A stretch of 64,000 bases of DNA from a virus. Lineage: Duplodnaviria > Caudoviricetes. The first letter of the stretch is position 1; the number at the start of each line of letters is the position of its first letter. Shown here in pieces: positions 55,337-64,000 of the stretch. The notes beneath the pieces are model-generated. The model was given only the letters and a program-made list of their open reading frames with translations, did not search any database and had not been told where the DNA came from. The stretch spans positions 64,001 to 128,000 of the IMG/VR virus record IMGVR_UViG_3300012007_000009; one strand, given 5' to 3'. The position numbers and the translations under genes are program-made.

Positions 55337-57187
55337 ATGGAACAGCAGTTCGGGGTAACGGTCACATTCGACAACTATGACGGCGTGCTCGCCAAGATGC
55401 ACGTTACCGGGGAGAATCCCAACGCGAACCGGGAGGTCCTCCGCTATACCCTGGCAACGCTGACGTACTACGACAAGTCGAGGAAGTACACCTGGGCCGC
55501 CAAGCACGGCTACGACGACTGCCTGGTCAAGTTCTTCGACGGGAGGAACCGGACGCTGCCCATCGGTCTCATCCCGAGGCTGTCGCACTACCTGCGCGAC
55601 GCCTTCCAGGGCCAGGTGTCCGTGAAGATAACCAGGGCGATACGGGAGATGTTCACTCCCCCGTTCGGGCCGGTGCCGATAGAGACCGTGCGCGAGTTCG
55701 AGAAGACGCTCAACATGTACGACCGAGGGAAGTTCCTGGAGAAGTCCGCGGAGAATCCCGCCCTGCAGAAGGAGGACTTCTCGCTGAAGATGTTCGAGCA
55801 CCAGGAGAAGATTGTGCTCGAGGCGCTGAACAGGCGCAGGGTCTCCATTCTCGCATGCACCAGCTCCGGCAAGAGCATGTCCATGATGGTGATAGCCCGA
55901 TACCTGATGGAGCGGGAGAACAAGAAGGTGCTCGTCATAGTTCCCAACGCGGCGCTGGTGAAGCAGCTGTTCCGCAACTTCCGTGACGACTACGGCTGGG
56001 AGGAGGCGGGAGACTACTGCACGCAGATTTACGGCGGGTCAGCCGACAAGATTTCCAAGAAGAAGCTGGAGGAGCTGAAGCGCCTGTCCATAGGCGAGGA
56101 GGCTACCCTCAAGCAGATTACCATATCGACCTGGCAGTCGCTCCGCCTGAAGGACGACTCGTACTTCAAGGTGTTTACCGCGGTGCTGGTGGACGAGGCG
56201 CATTCGGCGAAGGGCGAGGAGCTGCGCAACATCCTGGCGAAGTGCGTCAACGCCAACAACTTCAAGGTCGGGTTCTCCGGGACGCTCCCGGATGCCGAAC
56301 TGGCGAACGATAACGTCTCCAACCACATCGATGCCGGGTACATCGAGGGCGGCCTCGGCCCGAAGCTGGACGTTGTCCGGCTGAAGGAGCTGATTGCCAA
56401 GGGGATACTCACGCCGCTGGAGGTGAAGGCAATATTCGTCCCGTACCCGATGCCGCTCCGGCCGGCCATCTGTGCCGACAAGACCCGGTACGAGGATGAG
56501 CGGGCCATCGTGTGCGAGAACAGTTCCCGCAAGGACGTGGTCGACATGCTGTTCACGGGGGGCAGGATTACCGGCGAGCAGAACACCGTCATCCTATTCA
56601 ACTACAAGGAACACTTGCACGAGTTCTGCGACTTCATGAAGGAGAAGCACCCGGGATACACCTACCATGTCGTCGAGGGCGATGTCGGAATCGACGACCG
56701 GGACGACATAAGCCTTGCCATGGAGAAGTGTACCGGGAACGTGCTGATAGCGACCTACGGCTGCATGAAGCAGGGCGTCAACATCAAGCTGCTGCACAAC
56801 CTGATACTGGCGGAACCGATGAAATCCGCATACACCATCGTGCAGTCGCTCGGCCGAATCGTCCGCAGGCACCCGGACAAGAAACTGGCGACGACGTACG
56901 ACATTGTGGACGATGCCGCCTACTATACGAACCCGCGCAACGGGGGACCGGGAACGCGCAAGTACAACTACATGATGAAGCACTACTACGAACGGGTCAA
57001 GTACTACGCCAACGAGGAGCTCCCCATAGAGGAGATTCATCTCGACGGGCTGTACGAGGCCCAGGTGACCCCCGACGACATCAAGAAGCGCAGGGAAAAG
57101 GCAGCGGCCACGGCCGCCAAGCAGCAGGCCAAGGGCCAGGGGAGGACATCCCGGGCAACCTGGCAGAGAACAATGTTCACACGATAG
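55337..57187 (+). CDS. uvsW: UvsW-like SF2 helicase
   Basis: ACTSSGKS, STWQS, VDEAH, GFSGT, ATYG, QSLGRIVR, YDIVDD. Confidence 0.9.
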   Translation: MEQQFGVTVTFDNYDGVLAKMHVTGENPNANREVLRYTLATLTYYDKSRKYTWAAKHGYDDCLVKFFDGRNRTLPIGLIPRLSHYLRDAFQGQVSVKITRAIREMFTPPFGPVPIETVREFEKTLNMYDRGKFLEKSAENPALQKEDFSLKMFEHQEKIVLEALNRRRVSILACTSSGKSMSMMVIARYLMERENKKVLVIVPNAALVKQLFRNFRDDYGWEEAGDYCTQIYGGSADKISKKKLEELKRLSIGEEATLKQITISTWQSLRLKDDSYFKVFTAVLVDEAHSAKGEELRNILAKCVNANNFKVGFSGTLPDAELANDNVSNHIDAGYIEGGLGPKLDVVRLKELIAKGILTPLEVKAIFVPYPMPLRPAICADKTRYEDERAIVCENSSRKDVVDMLFTGGRITGEQNTVILFNYKEHLHEFCDFMKEKHPGYTYHVVEGDVGIDDRDDISLAMEKCTGNVLIATYGCMKQGVNIKLLHNLILAEPMKSAYTIVQSLGRIVRRHPDKKLATTYDIVDDAAYYTNPRNGGPGTRKYNYMMKHYYERVKYYANEELPIEEIHLDGLYEAQVTPDDIKKRREKAAATAAKQQAKGQGRTSRATWQRTMFTR

Positions 57188-57196
57188 GAGAAATGT

Positions 57197-57622
57197 ATGG
57201 AAATCAAGGTACAGTATCTGGACGAAACGGTAAGACGCCTGGAAGTAAACGCCAAGGGCGACTGGATTGACCTGTACGCGGCGGAACGGACCGAGCTGAA
57301 ACAGGGCGAACATGCACTGGTGCACCTGGGCGTGGCGATGAAGCTGCCTGACGGGTACGAGGCGCACCTGGTCCCCCGCTCTTCTACCTACAAGAAGTGG
57401 GGGATTATCCAGGCCAACCATGTCGGCATCATAGACAACTCGTATTCCGGCCCGAACGACTGGTGGAAGATGTCCGTCATAGCCATGAGGGATACCGTAA
57501 TCGAGAAGGGTGACAAGATTTGCCAGTTCAGGATTGTCGAGCGGCAGCCGGAAGTCACATTCGTCGAAGGCAGGATGGACGGGGAGGACCGGGGAGGGTT
57601 CGGTTCCACCGGTTCCAATTAA
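57197..57622 (+). CDS. dut: Trimeric dUTPase
   Basis: IDLY, PRSS, GIIDNSYSG, ICQF, RGGFGSTG. Confidence 0.93.
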   Translation: MEIKVQYLDETVRRLEVNAKGDWIDLYAAERTELKQGEHALVHLGVAMKLPDGYEAHLVPRSSTYKKWGIIQANHVGIIDNSYSGPNDWWKMSVIAMRDTVIEKGDKICQFRIVERQPEVTFVEGRMDGEDRGGFGSTGSN

Positions 57623-57642
57623 GTTTACCTCCTGAGAGAAAC

Positions 57643-57682
57643 AAGGGCGGACCGGTAACGGCCCGCCCTTTCCGTATAAACT
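57643..57682 (+). terminator. Terminator followed by TATAAACT late promoter
   Basis: AAGGGCGG...CCGCCCTTT hairpin with GTAA loop (57643-57671); TATAAACT 57675-57682. Confidence 0.7.
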
Positions 57683-57689
57683 GGGAAAT

Positions 57690-60600
57690 ATGAAAGACTT
57701 TGCCCGCATAATCATGGAAACTCACCTCGACGACAACTTCGCCAGGGTGCTGTACGAATCCCTCGCCATATTCGAGGCTACGAACATCAACAAGGCATTC
57801 CTCCTGAAGGAGGCCGGGTCCCCGGAAGCGCTGAAGGCGGCCAAGGACAGGGTGAACAATGCATGGGAATCCGCCCACATGGATGGCGTCATCAAGGGGG
57901 GCAATCTCCTACAGAAACTGTTCAACTTCCTTTTCCTGATGGAAATCCGCAAGCCGGGGTTCACCAACGAGGAAATGCTTCATAAGATTCATGACCTGGC
58001 AATACACGGGTCCCTCGAACAGAGATTCCTCTCCAAAGTCACATCGGACACGGTCCCGGATGAGGCCAGCGCGATACTCGACGATGCCAGTGTCGGGGCG
58101 GAGCAGGCGGCGAAGCCGTATCCGTCACTGACCAAGGAAGAGGAGAAGGTGTGGAACCGCGTCAAGGTGTATCACGAGTTCCCCGACGGGTTCAAGTGGG
58201 TGTATGCGGTGGACGCCGGCGGCAGGATTGCCCCGAACATGCCGTCTTCAATCACCAGCAAGACCATGCACCATTGCGGGAACTCCCCGCGTGCCGGTTC
58301 CGACGACCAGTACTGGGAGCTTCGCGATGCCAGCGGCAAGGCATACCTGACCGTAATATTGACACCCACAGGGAAGATAGAGGAGTCAAAATCCTGGGGA
58401 AACCAGGAAAACAAGTACCGCAGGCAGATACAGCCTTACGTGAAGTGGTTCCTGAAGGACCAGAAGGTAACCGGCGTTGGGCACAGGTACGACTATGGCT
58501 ATGCCCCGCAGATGAACTTCGGCGTCAAGGATTTTATCGGCGATGACCCGGAATTTATCGATTACGTGATTGAGAACAAGTCCGAACTCCTGGGAAATAC
58601 CGAATCCAGGATTCTGTTCTGGCAGGATGCAATCAAGGAAGGCGTCCTTACTACGGAAGACCTGAAGAATGCATACTTCGAGCGGGCATCGGTACGCGAG
58701 CTGATGGAGAAGGTGCCACAACTGAAGGAATACGCCGAGCGGGCCAGGTTCCACCTATCGGCGGACCGGTTCTCCAGCGAGGACTCGATTTTCGGGCGGA
58801 ACCCGTTTGTGGTCATTTGCGCGGCGTGTTCCGGAAACCCGTTCACGCCGGAGGAAATAGATAGGCTAGTTAGTGAAGGCACCCTGTCACTCGAGGAATT
58901 TGCCAACTATGATGTCCACCTTCTCACTCCCGAGATACAGCGAGTTTTCGTCAAGCACGACGCAAGAAATTTCGACACCCTATGTAGGATAGGCGAACAG
59001 GTTGCGGCCTTCAAAGTTTCCCCCGAATTGTGGATGAGCCTTCTACCCGACAATGACGAGCCATTATCGTCGGATATGCTTGGCAGGTCAATGAGGCTGC
59101 TGGACTACGTGTATTCAGCCAATCCGCCCAGCAAGGTAAAGACTGAAGCCGAGGCCATGATAAGCAACAGCAAGTTCATTGATATGGCTGCTGACATTGT
59201 ACGGGGTGGCGCACCCGAAACGAGGGAAAAGTATGGGTGGGGGGCGCCGCGGCCGTTGACACTGTTGGAGAAACTTTCGGTTGTTTTCGAGAGGTTCCCT
59301 GAAATGGCCATCCCGGAAAAACTGATGGATTGCACGTGCGACTTGATACAAGATACACACAGGTCAACTGACCCGAGAGAAGAGCTTTCGAACAACATGA
59401 GTATCCTGCGCGATGTGGAACGGATAGGACAACCGAGAAACGAGCGTCTCCTTGCTCTATATACGGATGACCGCATTGCCGAGAAGTTCTTTGGCACATC
59501 GGATATAAGCGGGAGGGAACGCATCGACTATGCCGATATGAAGGAGTGCTTGTATACCCTAATAAAAGTATTCGGGAAGACCCGGATTTTGAACATCGCG
59601 TCCAGGATTCCCGATTTTGAAATGCTGCAGGGGGCTTTATTTGTCCTGACCGGTTCCGCCAACCAAATAACGGAATCCATGCTCGGTATGGTAACTGAGT
59701 GCATTGAAGAGTGGGATTTGCATGAATGGTTGTCCTTAGCGACCTTGCCGAAAGCCATGATGGTAAGCGACCTGGTGGTAAACTTTCCAAGTACACTGAA
59801 CGCACTTGACTGGGACAAGCCGGACACCTACAATGGTATATCTCAAGTAGCCAGCAAGATATGCTCACCCATATTTGCCGAAACTGGATTGAGCGCGGAT
59901 AAGGTTAACGTATTCATTGACCGGGTATGCAACGAGGCAATTGACCACATCGATGTATCGTACATTGGATGGTTGATGGGGCGGTATTCGGGCGGGTTGA
60001 ATAAGACACTCATGACCTTAATGACAAGTTATTCGGTAAAGCCGGATGGAGCAGAACGTCTATATCGGGCGATGGGCGACTTGATGCTGGGGAATTTCGG
60101 GCAGACCGAGATGGGGTATGATACGTCATGGTTCAGTATACCGGGTGCTTGGAGCATATTCACTATCGGATACGACGAATGGGAGGAGTATTACGGGCGA
60201 TATGGCTTCAGGTTCGTCAACGCGTATGTTTTGAGCGCACCGTCCGACCGGTTCGTTGAGGACGACTTCATACTGAACTTCGTATGCAAGAAACTGCAGG
60301 ATAATGTACCCGAGACTGATATAAGGGCATTTACCCATATAATGGATGGCTACGAAAACCGAGCAAAGAAAGCAAAACTGGGTGCAGTCATATCGGATGC
60401 GGTCGTCGACGGGAACTTCGATGCGACAGAAACCGTATTCATGCATCTGTACAAGGACCGGTTTATCAACGCCAAGGCATATCGTACCTACCTCTCGAGG
60501 CGTGACGACCAGGGGGCTATGGAGGTAAAGGACCTCTCTATGGCCGCCGGGGTTGTGCAGTCCATGCGAAGCATCGCAAAGCTTCATACCCTTCCGCAGT

Positions 60601-61007
60601 TGGTCGCGTCGACTGTGCGGTACCTGGTGGGCAGGTTGTATGACAACATGGGTGACGGAAGCGGAATGTACATGAAAGTTGATAGCAACTGCATTGACGA
60701 TTGTGATGTGCTGGAACAGCTGATTGACCAGTTGACCCGAAAGGCGACAGTCGGTTACATTCCGGCCGCAATAATGGCTCTGTACAGTGAAGGCCTGGTC
60801 GATAAGATGCGGGTCTTCGAACAGGCGAACCTGCAGGCATGTGACGTTCCCGGGAAACCCAAGGCACCGCTGAAATGCATAGTCAGCCAGAAGCTCAAAT
60901 CGATGGTCGGCATGCTTGAGCGTGTCAAGGACCGGGCACAGGATGCCGCTGCCAAGATTGTCGATAAAAAGCCGAGGAAGCCGCGCAAGGCGGCAGCTCG
61001 GGCATAG
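57690..61007 (+). CDS. Large late protein with PcfJ-like domain
   Basis: KTMHHCGN...YWELRDASGKAYLTV...ESKSWGN fits the PcfJ-like pattern; starts MKDFARIIME; basic tail. Confidence 0.75.
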   Translation: MKDFARIIMETHLDDNFARVLYESLAIFEATNINKAFLLKEAGSPEALKAAKDRVNNAWESAHMDGVIKGGNLLQKLFNFLFLMEIRKPGFTNEEMLHKIHDLAIHGSLEQRFLSKVTSDTVPDEASAILDDASVGAEQAAKPYPSLTKEEEKVWNRVKVYHEFPDGFKWVYAVDAGGRIAPNMPSSITSKTMHHCGNSPRAGSDDQYWELRDASGKAYLTVILTPTGKIEESKSWGNQENKYRRQIQPYVKWFLKDQKVTGVGHRYDYGYAPQMNFGVKDFIGDDPEFIDYVIENKSELLGNTESRILFWQDAIKEGVLTTEDLKNAYFERASVRELMEKVPQLKEYAERARFHLSADRFSSEDSIFGRNPFVVICAACSGNPFTPEEIDRLVSEGTLSLEEFANYDVHLLTPEIQRVFVKHDARNFDTLCRIGEQVAAFKVSPELWMSLLPDNDEPLSSDMLGRSMRLLDYVYSANPPSKVKTEAEAMISNSKFIDMAADIVRGGAPETREKYGWGAPRPLTLLEKLSVVFERFPEMAIPEKLMDCTCDLIQDTHRSTDPREELSNNMSILRDVERIGQPRNERLLALYTDDRIAEKFFGTSDISGRERIDYADMKECLYTLIKVFGKTRILNIASRIPDFEMLQGALFVLTGSANQITESMLGMVTECIEEWDLHEWLSLATLPKAMMVSDLVVNFPSTLNALDWDKPDTYNGISQVASKICSPIFAETGLSADKVNVFIDRVCNEAIDHIDVSYIGWLMGRYSGGLNKTLMTLMTSYSVKPDGAERLYRAMGDLMLGNFGQTEMGYDTSWFSIPGAWSIFTIGYDEWEEYYGRYGFRFVNAYVLSAPSDRFVEDDFILNFVCKKLQDNVPETDIRAFTHIMDGYENRAKKAKLGAVISDAVVDGNFDATETVFMHLYKDRFINAKAYRTYLSRRDDQGAMEVKDLSMAAGVVQSMRSIAKLHTLPQLVASTVRYLVGRLYDNMGDGSGMYMKVDSNCIDDCDVLEQLIDQLTRKATVGYIPAAIMALYSEGLVDKMRVFEQANLQACDVPGKPKAPLKCIVSQKLKSMVGMLERVKDRAQDAAAKIVDKKPRKPRKAAARA

Positions 61008-61028
61008 CGCAATTGCTATATTTGGTGC

Positions 61029-62405
61029 ATGGCTAAGAAGAAATCAGGAGCGGCAGCACTTTTCAGCGAGCCGCCGGTAACGAGTTATCCCTTTGTAGAC
61101 AACCGCCTGGTCGTCGTAGACTGGGCTTCACTGTCGTACCATATGTTCTATTCCATAGCGTCGGACAAGAACAGGGCCAAGTACGGCCTGGTTGACGCCG
61201 AGGGGGAGCTGGAGCTGTGGCGTACCAAGATGATAACCCGCATAATGGACTACGTGGCACTGTTCAACCCGAGGCACCTTGTATTCGCCCTGGAAGGGAA
61301 GGCCGCGTGGCGCAAGAAGTTCGTCGAGGACTACTATTCCGACAAGGCGGAAATATACTGGAACAAGGTCGAGTATTACGTGGCGTCGGACAATTTCCTG
61401 TACATGGTGCAGAAGGCCAATGGTGGAGGATATGCCGTTACCAAGCTGAAGGCAGCCGACAGGGCCAAGCTGAGCGAACTGAAGCACAAGAAGCTGAATG
61501 AGATGCCCCCTGACCGTCAGAAGATGTTCTGGAGTATACGTACGGCGACCGGGAAGCCGATTCTTCCGTCATACAAGGGACACCGTGCCGCCAAGGAATG
61601 GACATTCTTCACGGACAAGAAGGTATGGGCGGCCTATCGTGAGCAGTTCGCCATGGAACTCGCCCCGCTGTTCAGGGCGAGGGCGATACAGTGCTTCCAC
61701 GCCGAGGGTGACGACGTAATCTACTCCACCGTACAGAAGTATGCCGGTGAATGTGACGACGTTATTGTCATTACCCGAGACTCCGACATGGCGCAGATTA
61801 AGACCAGGAACGTGAGGATTTTCAACCACCAGACTGATACGTTCATAGTCAAGGACGACCCGGTGAAGTACCTGGACCACAAGGTCCTTACCGGGGACGA
61901 TTCCGACAACATTCAGGGAATGGCTTTCGTCGACCCCAAGACAGGAAAGTTCAAGGAAGGCAAGGAGACCCAGCTTTCCGATGTCGGCGCCACCACTTTG
62001 CTGGAGTCCTGCCCGAATGTATACGAAGCTGCCAAGAACAATGGTTGGGATGACCAGTACATGAGGAACCGTACCCTCATCGACCTGTCCAGGGTTCCCG
62101 ATGATGTCAAGAAGGAAATCGACCACTGCATGGACATGGCCCCGGAACCTGAGAATGTAGCCGGGTTTGAACGTCTGGATTTCTGGGATGTGCCTGACAT
62201 GATACGGTCCAACTATCTCAGGCTGCAGTCCACCGGGTTCTATTGCGTGAATTCAACGAATTCGGGCGTCGCCTTCAACGCGGGCATGTTCACCAAGTAC
62301 AAGGCGGCTGCTGAAAAGCCGAAAATCGAGCTCGGGGATGATGTGGTGACGGCCGACAACATCGGCCTGGACGCCGAATTATCGGACATAGACGTGATTT
62401 TCTAG
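61029..62405 (+). CDS. rnh: T4 RNase H-like 5'-3' exonuclease
   Basis: VVVDW, YKGHR, EGDDVI, TRDSDMAQI, LTGDDSDNI, RNRTLIDL; TGCTATATT promoter at 61014-61022. Confidence 0.88.
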   Translation: MAKKKSGAAALFSEPPVTSYPFVDNRLVVVDWASLSYHMFYSIASDKNRAKYGLVDAEGELELWRTKMITRIMDYVALFNPRHLVFALEGKAAWRKKFVEDYYSDKAEIYWNKVEYYVASDNFLYMVQKANGGGYAVTKLKAADRAKLSELKHKKLNEMPPDRQKMFWSIRTATGKPILPSYKGHRAAKEWTFFTDKKVWAAYREQFAMELAPLFRARAIQCFHAEGDDVIYSTVQKYAGECDDVIVITRDSDMAQIKTRNVRIFNHQTDTFIVKDDPVKYLDHKVLTGDDSDNIQGMAFVDPKTGKFKEGKETQLSDVGATTLLESCPNVYEAAKNNGWDDQYMRNRTLIDLSRVPDDVKKEIDHCMDMAPEPENVAGFERLDFWDVPDMIRSNYLRLQSTGFYCVNSTNSGVAFNAGMFTKYKAAAEKPKIELGDDVVTADNIGLDAELSDIDVIF

Positions 62406-62444
62406 TCCATATGGTATAGTTTACCTCTCAAAGAGGTATACATT

Positions 62445-64000
62445 ATGCGAAATCAACGACTAGCGGTCAACTGCCTTGTCCAGGTGAATTCGGACAACCG
62501 CCTCGACTTCGAGGAATGGCTCAACTACCATATCGCGCTCGGCTTCGACACGATTTTTGTCTGTGACAACGGCAACCACTCCTGGCTCGACGAGGTGTGC
62601 GAGAAGCGCCGCGAGCATGTCACGCTCGCTCCCCGTGACGAAAGGTGGGCGTTCAAGAGCGAGATTATACAGGATTACGTGTCCCGCCGGGAATTCGAGG
62701 AATGGTGCATCTGCATGGACGAGCACGACTTCCTGTGGATTTCTCCGGCAAGGGCCAAGAGCATCACCGAGTATGCCGATACCATACCCGGTACCGTGGC
62801 GGCAGTGACGTTCTACGTCAAGCACATGTCCTCCAAGGAACCTACCAGGTACCGCGTGGGAACCCAGATGGACTGCTTCACCCATACCAGGAGGGAACCG
62901 GAAGGATTCCTCCCCATGTACAAGGCCCTACCCAACACGGGTATTACAATGTTCAGGGTATCCAGCCAGAACATGCCGCTGCGAGACCCGGTGACCCCGG
63001 TATACATCAACAACTGGGTCGATTCGGAATTCCGCCAGATGACGCCCGATAGGTTCAAGTCCGAGACTACTTCTCGCAGGTTCTACCCGACCGCTTACTC
63101 CGTCCGCTGTTACCGGTATGCAATCCGCTCGGGCGTCGAGATGGGGTTCGACGACAAGATGGTTCCCGTCGGCTTCGATGTGCAGGACCTCAACATGCAG
63201 AAGGCCAGGGAGATGTACATGCATATCCCGGTGAATCCGGAAACCGAGACACTGTTCGCGAAGGCCGAACCGCCCGAGGCCGTGCAGGAACCGGGAAGCC
63301 CGAAATCCGTGTCGGTCGTGGCTGCCGAGTCAGGTCTTCCCATCACTCGTGCCAGGATTGACAAGCTCATATTCAAGGGACAGTTCCTCGAGGACATAAT
63401 GAAGTATGTCGAGGAGAAGGACCCGAATTACGACAGGGCCCTGCTCGAAAGCATGTTCGAGGATGAGCGCAAGAATATCGTGGCCACGTCGAGCCTCTAT
63501 ACGGAGATGCAGGAGATGCTGGACCAGGGCAAGGACGATGCCGAAATCCGGCGTACGCTGGTGCTCACCGAGACCACCTACAATCGTATGAAGGCTGCCT
63601 TGCCTGTTCTCGACATCAAGACCAAGTATGCCGACATGGTCGAGGAATCGGCTGGTGGCGACACTTCAATCCAGGTGAAGGTGGGTGCCGCCGTTCCCGT
63701 ACAGGAACACGGGGATTCCGAGATTGAGAGCCTGGTTGACACATTCGAGGCGGACCAGGAGGTCAACGCTCCGACTGCCGAGGAACTGGCTACCAGGGAG
63801 GAAGCGGTCGCCATGCTGGCAGTCAAGGAAAAGCCGAAGGGCAAGGGCAGGACGTCCAAGAAGGAGACACCCAAGAAGGACACCGCCAAGAAGAAGGTCA
63901 AGGCTGCGGTGGTTGCAGGTACCGCAAAGAAGGTCGGCGGGAAAACCGGCAAGGCGGAAACGCCCGAAATGGCCAAGGATGCCGCAACCGAGGAGCTGGA
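62445..64000 (+). CDS. GT2/GT92-like glycosyltransferase with extended acidic/Lys-rich C-terminus (runs off the window)
   Basis: Not in the ORF track; translated by hand from ATG 62445 (GAGG RBS): FEEWLNYHIALGFDTIFVCDNG...WCICMDEHDFLW. Confidence 0.75.
   Translation, partial: MRNQRLAVNCLVQVNSDNRLDFEEWLNYHIALGFDTIFVCDNGNHSWLDEVCEKRREHVTLAPRDERWAFKSEIIQDYVSRREFEEWCICMDEHDFLWISPARAKSITEYADTIPGTVAAVTFYVKHMSSKEPTRYRVGTQMDCFTHTRREPEGFLPMYKALPNTGITMFRVSSQNMPLRDPVTPVYINNWVDSEFRQMTPDRFKSETTSRRFYPTAYSVRCYRYAIRSGVEMGFDDKMVPVGFDVQDLNMQKAREMYMHIPVNPETETLFAKAEPPEAVQEPGSPKSVSVVAAESGLPITRARIDKLIFKGQFLEDIMKYVEEKDPNYDRALLESMFEDERKNIVATSSLYTEMQEMLDQGKDDAEIRRTLVLTETTYNRMKAALPVLDIKTKYADMVEESAGGDTSIQVKVGAAVPVQEHGDSEIESLVDTFEADQEVNAPTAEELATREEAVAMLAVKEKPKGKGRTSKKETPKKDTAKKKVKAAVVAGTAKKVGGKTGKAETPEMAKDAATEEL

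Noticed and set aside
1-64000. Stop-codon reassignment; tRNA or rRNA genes
   Set aside because: Conserved genes are full length in code 11 and end with TAA, TAG or TGA; no cloverleaf or rRNA sequence seen by eye.

Overview
The window is a piece of a large, GC-rich T4-like (jumbo-type) phage genome, probably infecting Fibrobacter (inferred from a FISUMP-like domain; not proven). It holds a T4-type replication/recombination set (gp45-like clamp, gp61 primase, gp32 SSB, RuvC-like resolvase, gp41 helicase, UvsX, UvsW, RNase H, dUTPase), DnaJ, glycosyltransferase-like genes, a gp25 baseplate fusion and a block of large acidic, probably virion-associated proteins. Two mobile elements are present: a ~2 kb TnpB-only element with IS607-like phased end repeats that interrupts a phage gene, and a 4.4 kb IS1595-family transposon with perfect 25-bp TIRs, an 8-bp TSD and seven passenger genes. 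The strongest unexplained signals are: (1) a ~115-nt kissing-loop RNA directly upstream of the TnpB ORF, preceded by the phage's own late-promoter motif; (2) five DnaA-box-like 9-mers at exact 11-bp period hidden in an AT-rich patch inside the baseplate gene; (3) a wHTH/PolA-superfamily polymerase beside a divergent intergenic region with two 25-bp direct repeats (candidate origin); (4) a recurring TATAAACT late-promoter motif that marks genes whose proteins share hydrophobic-x-E N-terminal motifs. No tRNA, rRNA or CRISPR array was seen. All protein calls come from motif recognition by eye, not from database searches.
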